A stretch of 64,000 bases of DNA, taken from NCBI RefSeq assembly GCF_004010195.1, contig NC_057719.1:65475634-65539633 (forward strand). Direction: 5' to 3'. This stretch comes from Chiloscyllium plagiosum (Eukaryota). Below the pieces are notes generated by a model, which did not search any database, was not told where the DNA came from, and saw only the letters and a list, made by a program, of their open reading frames with translations. Made by a program: the position numbers and the translations under genes. Positions within the stretch are counted from its first letter, which is position 1. Each line of letters opens with the position of its first letter. Positions 25,000 through 36,254 of the stretch are shown in pieces.

Positions 25000-25530
25000 C
25001 TGGCACTAATGTCAGACACTCCTTAAATCATCTGGTCCTATTCTGCCCTATTATTGGCTGTTTTCTCCTGGAATGAGAGAAAGGAAGGGATTGAGTGAGC
25101 TGACACATGTGGCGTGACTGACAGTGTTGGTGCAGGAGGGAGAACAGTGATGGGAGGGAGTGAACTGGCAGTGTAGAGGCCATACAGGATTAATGGTTTG
25201 GTGGGGCAGGTGACAGTGAGTCAGGAAAGATGTTGCAGGCAATAGTGAGAGTGCCAGAGAATGAACTCTGGTGGGAGGTGGGTACTGAAGCAGAGTGTGA
25301 GGCAGCAGAGAGGAGTGCGCCATTTAACCTTACAGCCAGAGAAGGAGGCTAACCTTGTGGCACTGTTGGCCATTTCTCTATGTTATGGAGATTGCACTGA
25401 CTTGGGTGGTGGATTTGGACCAGGATTTCAGGCATGACATCCTCTGCTGGTCTCCCAGAAAGAGGACACCTTCCCTTTGCACAACCCACTTGACCAGGAC
25501 CTCCAGGTCCCTGTCGGAGAATTGCAATCC
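25000..25530 (-). pseudogene. Relic of a two-exon Myb/SANT-like gene, PIF/Harbinger-type transposon
   Basis: Minus-strand translation 'FSDRDLEVLVKWVVQREGVLFLGDQQR...SWSKSTTQVSAISIT*RNGQQCHK', then acceptor ctttctctcattccag followed by 'EKTANNRAE'. Confidence 0.65.
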
Positions 25531-26149
25531 TATCTTCCTCTTTCCTGCCTTGTTCAGATTCAGTTTGTCGATGAACAGGATGGCTTTGGAATGACATTGC
25601 TTCTCAGGGTGTACTGCAGCATTTTAAATATGGCAGGCGCTGTTGTTGCTGAGCAACAGGAACCCGTAGGGCCATTACAATCCATTTTGAACAGCCTAAC
25701 TCCGCGGTGTGGGTGCCATGATTTTATAGAGGTGGCGTAAGCACAATTAATGTGCAAGTGCTTGCCTCATATCACTGCTGATTAATAGATCTAACAACCT
25801 CTGATTTGCTGGCTACTCTTCCAGCCCTGAGATCCTTGACCCCTGAGAAGGCCAGCCAGTGGCCAGTAAAAAGCCCGAGTGGCATTTTATTTGGCAGGTC
25901 TTCTGGCCGGTTCCTGTCAGTTGTCCCACTGCGGGGAGTGCGTCCCTGCCATTTGCATTAAATCTAGCACGACACCTCTGGCTCCACAATTTCTGTAATT
26001 GCTGTGGAAAGGGGATAAGGAAAGCTTTCTGAAGAGAACATTTGTTTATTTGTGACTTTTCACCTTGCCAAGTTCAAACAATGCAGAATGTGTAAAATAG
26101 ATATCCCTTTGTGACTGTAATGGAAGGTGAATTCAAACCAGGCTACAAT

Positions 26150-26250
26150 TGTTTTGAAGAAGGGTCACTGGACCTGAAATGTAAACTCCGCCTTCTCTCC
26201 ACAGCTGGCTGAGTTTTTTTCCACCAATTTCACTTTTTGTTTTTTCCTAT
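26150..26250 (+). mobile_element. Degraded Penelope-like terminal fragment
   Basis: ttgaaga-a-gggtc-actg-gacct-gaa-atgt-a-aact. Confidence 0.65.
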
Positions 26251-26956
26251 TACTATTGGCATTTGTAAAGAGCTTCATGATACATTTGCTGGACTTAAGA
26301 GTCATTGGCATTTCCACTCCCCTTTGTGTGAAAACGTGTCTCCTGATTTCCATCCTCCGTGACCTGGCTGCAATTTTAAGGTTTTTGTTCACTTGTTCTG
26401 GATTCTTCCCTCTCCCAGAGGAAGTAGTTTCTTTATATCTTCCATAATTAGTTCTGTTGCCATTTTGAATGCCTCATTTGGATCACTTCACAACTTGCTA
26501 AATTCCAGTAAATACAAGTCACATTAGGCAACCCGCCCTCATTTAATTTTCTAAGTCCTCATATAATTCTGGAAATCCGTGTTGAACCAGCTCCAAAGCC
26601 AGTCTGAAGTGCAGCATCCAAAACTAAAGGCAATTTCCCAGATCAGCTCCTGGAAAAGACTTACACAACTGAAGCATCAGTTCCTTACTGTTCTTCTGCT
26701 GCCTCCTTGCAATGAAGTCCAACATTCCACTCATCATTTTAAATTGATTTTTGTCCCTGAGCTTTCAATGATTTGGGGCCCAGGTTCCTAAATTCCTGTG
26801 CCCTTTCAGGGCTCATAGAATTTTGGGATTGTCAGTACAGAAGGTGACCATTAAAGCCTGTTGTGGTCATGCGAGCTGTCAAAAGAAAATCTCATTTAGT
26901 CTCCTATCCCCTCCTTATTCCTGTAACCAGGCAAAAACTTGCTATTCAGATAATAA

Positions 26957-27184
26957 GTGCTGAAAATGTGTTGCTGGAAAAGCGCAGTAGGTCAGGCAGC
27001 ATCCAAGGAATAGGAGAATCGACGTTTCGGTCATGAGCCCTTCTTCAGGAATCTTAAAATCGACGTTTCGGGCATGAGCCCTTCCTTGGACTCCTCCATC
27101 GAAACGAGGGTCAACACTTCAACTCCCCCTCCCACTCCACCAAGGACATGGAGGTCCTTGGACTCCTCCATCGAAACTTCCTTC
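26957..27184. mobile_element. Rearranged Penelope-like insertion: hammerhead end, partial second hammerhead and GIY-YIG fragment, 15-bp TSD
   Basis: TSD ctattcagataataa at 26942-26956 and 27185-27199; plus-strand 'QHFNSPSHSTKDMEVLGLLH'. Confidence 0.88.
27015..27054 (-). ncRNA. Minimal type I hammerhead ribozyme motif
   Basis: AGAUUC-CUGAAGA-A-GGGC-UCAU-GACC-GAA-ACGU-C-GAUUCU; core intact, one mismatch in stem II. Confidence 0.7.
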
Positions 27185-27669
27185 CTATTCAGATAATAAC
27201 CCAATACTCTTGTGCCATGCTTGAAAATACCTCCACCACTCTCCGACAGCACATTCCGAATCCTAACCACATGGTGTATCAAAAAAGTTTTTTGTCTTCC
27301 GTAATTTTTTAGTCATTGTAAAAATATTCCAATTACTCTTCCTCAAATCCAAAGCAAATGATTTTACGTCTGCCATTGTTTTGCTTACTCACTTAGTTTA
27401 ACTATGTCCCTTTTTCATTTCCACCTACACAACTTTCTCAAAATCTTAGCTTAGTATTATCTCCAAATTTGGACATATAGCTTTCAATTCCTTCATCTAA
27501 GTAATGTTTGCTCATTTTCCCAAGTCCCTTGGAATCAAGGATGACTTACTTTCACTTGGATTCAATAGATTTTGAGATGACTGCATGGCTCTCAGACCAA
27601 GTGCAATATGTGATGTGCAGAGCCTGCCTCAATGCAGGAAGGGGACTTTGAGGGTCTAGATTAAGTGGT

Positions 27670-27979
27670 TATTAGATTACATTACAGTGTGGAAACAGGC
27701 CCTTCGGCCCAACAAGTCCACACCGACCTGCCGAAGCGAAACCCACCCATACCCCTACATTTACCCCTTACATAACTCTACGGGCAATTTAGCATGGCCA
27801 ATTCACCTGGTCTGCACATTTTTGGATTGTGGGAGGAAACCGGAGCATCCGGAGGAAACCCATGCAGACACGGGGAGAAAGTGCAAACTCCACACAGTCA
27901 GTCGCCAGAGGTGGGAATTGAACCCGGGTCTCTGGCGCTGTGAGGCAGCAGTGCTAACCACTGTACCACCGTGCCGCCC
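27670..27979 (-). mobile_element. HE1-like SINE (young)
   Basis: Full-length; highly similar to 23601-23904. Confidence 0.93.
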
Positions 27980-27989
27980 ACTGGTTGTT

Positions 27990-28290
27990 TGAATATTCAT
28001 GCGTTCTCTCCACATCTCAAATCTACCTCTACATATACCCAACAGACATTTGGCTCTTTCCCAAATGAGCCTTCTCCATATTGATTGGTTAGAAGCCGGG
28101 GTCTTCCATGACTTGGTGGATATGGGTGTCTTCTTCAGGGATTCTTTGAGGACATTGGTGAAGCGTTTCTGCTGTACTTCTTGAAGTCTCTTATCATGAC
28201 CGCATTCCAAGTTGCTTCGGGAGCCTGGTGCTTGGCATATGAATGACACATCCTGACTGGTGGAGTTGGTTTTGAGTGTTTAATGCCTCA
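27990..28290 (-). mobile_element. RTE-clade LINE 3' fragment
   Basis: 'QQKRFTNVLKESLKKTPISTKSWKTPASNQSIWRRLI' resembles the C-terminus of the RTE ORF. Confidence 0.7.
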
Positions 28291-29224
28291 ATGATGCTGA
28301 TGGACTGTCTTTCTTTCCACTCGAAAGCATGGAGTTTGTATACAGTGAAATGATGAAGTCCAGTATTGGTCCCTGAGATTCACATGTCAAATTCTGACAA
28401 TCAGAGCACAATCCCTTTATTACCTGCTTCCTGTCTCCTTTCTCACAAACAATTACCATACAATTTTAATACCCTTGGAAGATCTGCTAACAAAGCTAGT
28501 CCAGTTTTTTTTTAACATAAGCTACCATTCTTCAGATGTGGCAATGAAATGTTGGAATTTGAAGCATTCTGTGAATGCTTTTTTACGTAGCAGATATAGA
28601 TTGATTATAAAATATTAATATATAAAGATTTGTGTATTTTAAATCATGCAAATTTGAAATATTTCCTACTTCTGTGCACTTTATATTGTTTAGGAATAAA
28701 AATGCTTTGAAAATATTTTATTTCCAGGTGCTTACTGAGGGAACATACCAACATCTTTAGAATAAAGAGAGGAGAACTAGAAAGCAAGGAATAACTTTGA
28801 TATTTACTTGTTATTGAACAAATCAAACATTTAATGGGTTTTTTAAAAAAATCATCAGTAATGTGAATATTTTGAAACTGATTCTGCCCAGTTCTTTATC
28901 CAGTGCAGCTGTGTATTTATGGAAGGTTGACACCTGAATAGGGTTGATTATCTTTTTGAAATTGCTGTAGGGATTGGCTTACAGCTACTAGAACATTCAG
29001 TTCTGCTGAAATAATTCTTACTCATCTATCCAATATGATTGAAAGGATGACCCTTTTAGAGAGGTAGCACCAATTTAAGCTTTTCTTTCCTTTGGCTGAA
29101 GTTCATGATAAGGGACTGCTATTTAAAGTAGCTCTTAAACTGGAAAGCCAAACTCGTTCCTTTCTGAGTTACTGTCATTTATCACTCACTGATGAGACAG
29201 GACGATTGCTGCTGTACTTTGCCT

Positions 29225-29560
29225 ATTGTGTCAGCATTGGTCCCTTTGAGCCAGAAGGTCATAGGTTGAAGCTCCACTCCAGACTGAGAACTTTTTCCAT
29301 GCTGTTCGAAGTCCAGGTGAAATTTTAAACCAACTGCCCAACTGCCCTCTCACTGAGTCAGAAAAGAGCAAGGGCACTGTCCTCATGGTCCTGGCCAATA
29401 TCTGTGTAACATCATTAGAATTAGGGGTATTTCGGTGCGCAAGTTGCCAACTGCATTTCCTGGCTTTACAGCAGTGACTACACTTCTGAAATATTAAGTG
29501 GGCTGCAAAGTGCATTAGGTTGCCCTGCAAATGTGAAATGTTCCATCATAATGTATGCTC
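29225..29560 (+). mobile_element. Old Deu-domain-like SINE relic
   Basis: tRNA-like head 'gagccagaaggtcataggttgaagctccactccagac', core 'gtcctggccaatat', tail 'acagcagtgactacacttc'. Confidence 0.55.
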
Positions 29561-31814
29561 CTACTTTTGTGAAACGTTTTAATGGACTTACTCATGTTAC
29601 TGTGCCAGTTTTAATGCTGGATCAACCCAGCATTCAAGTAGTTGACCCACAGTTAAGTTCAAAGGAAAGCAGCTACTATACTTTCTCATGGCCTGGAGTT
29701 TTAAAATGCTTTCATTTGTTGGCTCAGGAAGAGCAATGCTGGAGAATTCAGATCCTGAGCAGGATGCATGAGATTTGATTTATTTCCTGGCTCAACTTTC
29801 CTCATTGAGTAGAGTATTTCTCCAGTCTACACCCATTTGGGGCAGAGGAGAAGTTCACTGATGGTGTTGGTGTTGTTGAGGAGGAGGCTTCCTCTTCTGC
29901 AGACACTTGTTGAACTCCCAGTCACTAATGCTTTACGTGAAGATATCAATGTCCATACTTCACCCTTATTTTTATGGTTGATTTATTATGGTTAGATGCT
30001 GGATAAAAATCAAACGCAGAGCTTATGTTTTTTATGTCAAAATTTGAGGAGCACTTGAAGTTGTAATGAGTTGATTTTTTTTATGAGTCACATTGTTCCT
30101 ACAAGTGCAATTCAGACAGAGGCCTGGAAATGATCTGTTGATTCATTTCACAACGTCCGTGCTCTTCTTATATTCTGCATTTTGTTGAGATGATTCTTCA
30201 TGGGGAGACAAACATGACAAGGATTATTGTTCTTGCACTCATTGATAAAACCCCAAATGAACATAATTATACTAACACTTAAATCAAGCAACATGCTTAT
30301 CCAATATCATAAGCGAATTAAAGATCTTTAAGCAAATGGTTTCTAAAATGTAGGAGGTTCAATTCAGAAATGAGCAAAACTGGTTAAAGCTCTCACAACC
30401 TAAAGTTTGTGAATTTCAAGGAAGGTTCAAATGGTAATGATACCTGGAGGACTTTCCCAATACTCACCTTTTATCCAATGGATTATTTTACAGAATTTTG
30501 TTACAACTTCCTTCTTTAAGGCAACTTTGACAGTTTTGCTTCTCTAGCTAATTCCTCGTTTAATGTCTCAATGACACCATTATTCTCCCAATAGAAGATC
30601 TTCTGTTAGGATCCTTAAGCAACTCCATTTTTTCTGGAGTTCTTTTCTTTTACCATGTATCTATCTAAAAGAACCTTTGGGTTGCTCTTCCTTCATATCT
30701 TCAAAACACAACTAAAGTAAAGGTATGTAAAGGAACTGTAGAACAATAGTAGAACATTTTCAAAAGTAGAACATTTCTTTTTCAATAGGAATCAGCTCAC
30801 TGTTAAAATATCTAGCTGACAACAAGTTGATAAAAATATTTTTCAAAAAGGAAACTCTTTTCAACCTCTGTTAAAATGATTTATTATTTTCACCAAATAC
30901 ACTGTAGAATCTTTACAGCACTTTATTTCTGCATTATTTTTATAAATATACAAAGAATATAATACTATATTAAACCAACTACATGATGTGTGTTTTCCCT
31001 CCAACTGGGACCATTCACTTTTGCTTAGGCATTTCCTTTCTTATATATTGAAAGAAGCTCTTACTGTCCTTCTTGATATTACTTGCACCATTACCCTCAA
31101 AGTTTATTTTTCCCTCTTTATTGTTATTTGGTCATCTTCTGGTTTTAAAAATTTTTCCCAAAGTTATGCAATTCTGGCATGTTGTATGTTTTTCTTCCAG
31201 TTTTCTTTCAATTGAGGATGTTATTCTGAGTTTCTTGGCTAACTATGTTTAGAATTTGACCTTCCTAAAATCCTCCTTCGTACGGATGTATCTTAGAATG
31301 GTAGGAACTAGGGGAAGGAGTGGGCTTGGGTATCATCCAAAGAACTGCCCTGCAATGCTGCCATTTCATTTTTGCTTCATAGACCTACATTTCCATTTTT
31401 CCAACACTGCCCCCGACCCTGGCCCCAAATTATTTTAAAGCCCTCTCACAGTTCTAGTTATTCATCTCAACAGGATAGTGGTCCCAGCACAGTTCAAGTG
31501 AAGGGAAAAACATACTTGAAGTCATCCTCACTAATCTATCTACCACAGACCTTTCTGTCTGTGTCAGTATAGGTAGCAGTGACCATTGCACACAGATGAA
31601 GTCCCATCTTCACATTGAGGATCTGTTTCATAATGTTATATGGCAATACCAACGTGTTAAAAAAAAAGATTTTAAACAGATGCAGCTATGCTCGTCCAGT
31701 CATCCTTGAGAAACTGTGAGCCACCAGCAGAAGCATAACTGTATTCAAGCTCAATTTGCAACCCCATGGTCTGGCATGTTCTCAACTTTACAATTACCAT
31801 TTAAGCTACAGGAT

Positions 31815-33060
31815 CAGGCTTGGTTGAATGAGGATTGCAGGAGTGCATGCCAGGAATAAAAATAAGATGTCGACCTAGTAAAATTGTGCACACCGCTGCT
31901 TGTGTGCCAAACAGCCCTATGTAGCAAGTTATAGACAGAGATGAGTGATTTCACAACTAAATTATCAGATCTAAGTGCTGTGTACTTACTACATCCAATA
32001 TTGAGCGGTGGTGGAAGTGAAAATGATTGGGGAAGCCTAGCATGTTCGTATAAAGGAGCATTTATACCATCTTCAGCCAGAGGTGATAAGCTGATGATCC
32101 ATTTCAGCCTCCTCCAGTGGTCCCCACCATCATAGATAGTAGTCGTCAGCCAACTCCATTTGCTCCATAGTATATCAAGAAGTAGCTGGAGACACTGGAT
32201 ACCGCCTGTTATGGGCCCTGACAACATTCTGGCAATAGTACTGAATAGTTCCAGAACTTGCCACTCCCCTAGCCAAGCTGTTCCACTACAGCCACACAGT
32301 GGCACCTACCTGACAGTGTGGAAACTTGCCCAAGTTTGTCCTGTACACAAATAGCAGGGCAAATTTAATCTGGCAAAATTACAACTCCACCAGTCTGGTT
32401 TCAATCCTTTGTAAGGTGATGGAAAAGGTTCATGAAATCCTGTTCCCTGACTCATTTTGGAGTCTGCCAGGGTATCCCAGATTGAGAATTCAATGTCGCC
32501 ATGGTTCAAACATGGAGAAAAGATCTGAATTCCAGAGCTGAGGTGAGAGTGGCTACACTTGATATCCGGCCTGCATTTGACGTCTGAATGTGACATTAAG
32601 AAGCTCAGCAAAACTGGAGTCAATGTGAATTAGGGAAAACTCTCTGCTGGTTGGAAAAATACCTGGCAAAAAGGAAAATGGTTGTGGTTGTGGGAAATCA
32701 GTCATCTCAGTCCCAAGGCATGTTTGCAGGAGTTCCTCAGGCTCAATCACCTTCAGCTATTTCATCAATGACCTTCCCTCCACCATAAGGTCATAAGTGG
32801 TGATGTGCAATAATCAGCAGACAATGTTCAGCATCATTTACGTCTCTTCAGATGTTGAAGCAATTTGTGTCCAAATGCCTGGGCGATATCCAAGCTGAGC
32901 AGATAAGTGGCAAATAGCATACAAATGCTATGCAATGGCAATCTCCGATAGGACAGTAACTTGAACCATTGCCCCTTGACATTCTATCATATTCCTATCA
33001 CTGAATTCCTCCCCCCATCAATATCCTGGGATTGCCATTGCTGGGAAACTGAATGGGAAT
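31815..33060 (+). mobile_element. Degraded CR1/L2-group LINE ORF2 fragment (third family)
   Basis: 'GPDNILAIVLNS', 'WKLAQVCPVHK' and 'ggagttcctcagg...ttcatcaatgacctt' RT motifs. Confidence 0.8.
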
Positions 33061-33079
33061 TGCCAAATAAATACTATAG

Positions 33080-33287
33080 GAGAAAGTGAGGACTGCAGAT
33101 GCTGGAGATCAGAGCTGAAAATGTGTTGCTGGAAAAGCGCAGCAGGTCAGGCAGCATCCAAGGAGCAAGAGAATCAACGTTTTGGGCATAAGCCATTCCT
33201 GAAGAAGGGCTCATGCCCGAAACGTAGATTCTCCTGCTCCTTGGATGCTGCCTGACCTGCTGCGCTTTTCCAGCAACACATTTTCAG
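33080..33287. mobile_element. Young fold-back Penelope-like element with 16-bp TSD
   Basis: TSD caaataaatactatag at 33064-33079 and 33288-33303; ~80-bp near-perfect inverted arms 33114-33194 and 33208-33288. Confidence 0.92.
33195..33231 (+). ncRNA. Minimal type I hammerhead ribozyme motif, intact core
   Basis: AUUC-CUGAAGA-A-GGGC-UCAU-GCCC-GAA-ACGU-A-GAUUC. Confidence 0.75.
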
Positions 33288-33505
33288 CAAATAAATACTA
33301 TAGTCAATGAATAAAAAAAGTCAGCAATGACAGGAGGCAAATTGTGTTTCATTAACCTAATTGAATTATTAAATTAAATAATGGCGAGTGCTTTAAGGAT
33401 AACATGGTTAATGTACATGAAGACTCTCAAAATGTTTGGCATCATATTAGTGACATTAGTGAGACTAGAAGGGTAGTAGCAGCATGAATAAAACATTATC
33501 TAAGT

Positions 33506-34470
33506 AGAGTCATAGAGTCACAGATGTACTGCATAGAAACAGACCCTTTGGTCCAACTTGTCCACACCGACCAGATATCCTAAATTAATTTAGTCTCATT
33601 TGCCAGCAATTGGCCCATATCCCTCTAAAACCTTCCTATTCATATACCCATCCAGATGCCTTTTAAATGTTGTAATTGTACCAGCCTCCACCACTTCCCC
33701 GAGCAGCTCATTCCCTACATGCACCACTCTTTGCGTGAAGATGTTGCTTCTTAGCTCCCTTTTAAATCTTTCCCCTCTCCCCTTAAACCTATGCCCTCTA
33801 TTTTTGAACTTCGCTACCCTGGGGAAAAGACCGGATCTATTTACCCTATCCATGCCCTTCATGATTTTATAGACCTCTTTTAGGTTCCCCCTCAGTTTGT
33901 GATGCTCCAGGGAAAACAGCCCCAGCCTATTCAGCCTGGCCCTATAGTTCCAACTCTGGCAACATCCTTGTCATTCTTTTCTGAACCCTTTCAAGTTTAA
34001 CAACATCTTTCCAATAGCAGGGAGATCAGAATTGCACACACTATTCCAAAAGTAGCCCAATCAATGTCCTGCACAGCCACAACATGACCTCCAAATTACT
34101 ACACTCAAGGCTGTGACCTTTAAAGATAAGCATACCAAACACCTTCTTTACTATCCTACCTACATGCAATTTTGCTTTCAAAGAATTATGAACCGGTACT
34201 CCAAGGTCTCTTTGTTCAGCAACACTCCTCAGGACCTTGCCATTAAGTGTAAAAGTCCTGCTCTGATTTGCCTTTCAAAATACAGCACCTCACATTTATC
34301 TACATTAAACTCCATCTGCCACTCCTCAGCCCATTGGCCCATCTGATCAAGATCCCATTATACTGTATGGTAACCTTTTTCATTGTCCGCTTCACCTCCA
34401 ATTTTAGTGTCATCTGCAAGCTTACTAACGATACCTCCTATGTTCACATCCAAATCATTCATATAAACGG
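33506..34470 (-). mobile_element. CR1 LINE 3' fragment with 3' terminus
   Basis: ORF 33596..33862; terminal tagagtcatagagtc. Confidence 0.93.
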
Positions 34471-34624
34471 AGAATAACAGTGGGTGAAACTTTTTCAGCT
34501 GGAGAGAGATGTACAATGTCGAAATGGAACAACTTTTGATATATGTTAGTGACCTACTCTTAGGAAACAGGACATAAATTCAAATTTTGCAGATTAAACA
34601 AGTCTTAGAAAAATGTAAACAATA

Positions 34625-35250
34625 AGGTGATTGAGAAGGTGTTTGGCACACTTGCCTTCATAGCTCAGACCTTTTGAGAATAGGAGTTGGGATGTTATAC
34701 TGCGGTTGTACAGGACATTGGTGAGGTGTCTTCTGGAGTACTGTGTCCAGTTCTGGTCTCCCAGTTATAGGAAGAATTAAGCTGGAGAGGGTTCAGAGTG
34801 ATGTACCAGGATGTTGCCGGGGATGGAGAATTTGAGTTATAAGGAGAGGATGGATAGGCTGGTACGTTATTCACTTGACTGTCGGAGGTTGAGGGGTGAT
34901 CTAATGAGGTTTTATAAAATCATGAGAGGTATAGATAAGGCGAATGGCAGGTGGCTTTTCCTCAGGGTTGGGCATTCAACACTAGGGGGCATATTTTTAA
35001 GGTGAGAGGAGAAAGATTTTTAAAAAGACACGGGGGTAACCTTTTTACACAGAGGTTTATGTGTGAATGAAACTCCACAAGAAACGGTGGATGTGGGTAT
35101 AGTTATAATGTTTAAAGGATACTTAGATAGGCACATGAATAAGAAAAAGTTGGAAGGACGAAGGGCAAATTATGGTAGGACTAGTTTAGTTTCGGATTAT
35201 GGTCAACATGGACAAATTGGAGCGAAGGAGCTGTATGAATCTCTATGATC
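34625..35250 (+). mobile_element. CR1 LINE 3' fragment
   Basis: ORFs 34811 and 35063 (LSYKER...LRGDL..YKIMRG). Confidence 0.9.
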
Positions 35251-36254
35251 CTTGTAAAACACTTTAGCTTAGTGAACTGAGTAGACATGTAAATGATGGA
35301 ATTTGATGAAGGTAAGTTTGAAGAAATGCACTTTAGTAGGAAAAATGAGGAAGGATATTATATGGATTAAATGGTACAATTTTTAAATGTGCGCATTAAA
35401 TTAAAGACAGAGTCCAAACTATCATCGGGTAAAAATTGAATTCATAACGTATGATTCTGTGAATAAATTATAGGACATGAAGGGCTTATGCCTTCTGAAT
35501 TTTGCTTTGTATGGCTTAACTTATTAGTGACTCAGCCTCTGGTTTCAGTGCAGACTTTGGCAAACTCTGCAGTCCAATTATTGTCCTATTCTCAGTGCTC
35601 AATGGGACAACAAAATGAATAGGGGCAACCTAAGTTTATATGAAGCCCCATCTTCTATTGAGATGAAAGTTTAATTAAGAAAACCCTTTTCATTTTATGA
35701 TGGAAAGATTTCAAAATGAAAAGCTAGTGTACACTTAGAATTAGTGGAGGCCCTACAAAATGATGAATATAGTGCTGCTTAATTCCTGGTGTTGTTTGAT
35801 GAGATTCAACCATTAAGTGACGATGAAGTGGAGGTCAGGAAACTCCGCAGTCATCTTGGCTATTTATCTTGGCATTAAATCAGACAAACCCTCTTTGCAG
35901 CAGTCACATTACTGAATTTCTCTTGAGTGTCCCCTGCAAGCCTCTCAGCTCATTAGCAGGCTGGAGAAAACATTAACTGCCTTTGAGCCTGCCCAAAGAT
36001 TTATTCAGAAATTGCAGTTGTAGCATAAATTTTGCAGCGCTGAACGCAAAGGAAAACTTCTGGTTATTTATTTTCAGACAGCAGTGTAAACCTTCCTGTT
36101 CCCACACTGGGAGACTGCAAGTGCCTATTTCTTATCTTGATGCCGTCCTTCAATGCCTTTGTTCAAAATCATGTCAGCCTTACCATTTAGACCTGGGTTT
36201 AACCATGGTTTTGATTAACAGATGGGACGTGACATCAAGCTCAATATTCTGAGA

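Noticed and set aside
29790..29925. Minus-strand open stretch 'GVQQVSAEEEASSSTTPTPSV'
   Set aside because: Low complexity, no clear splice sites, no recognised homology
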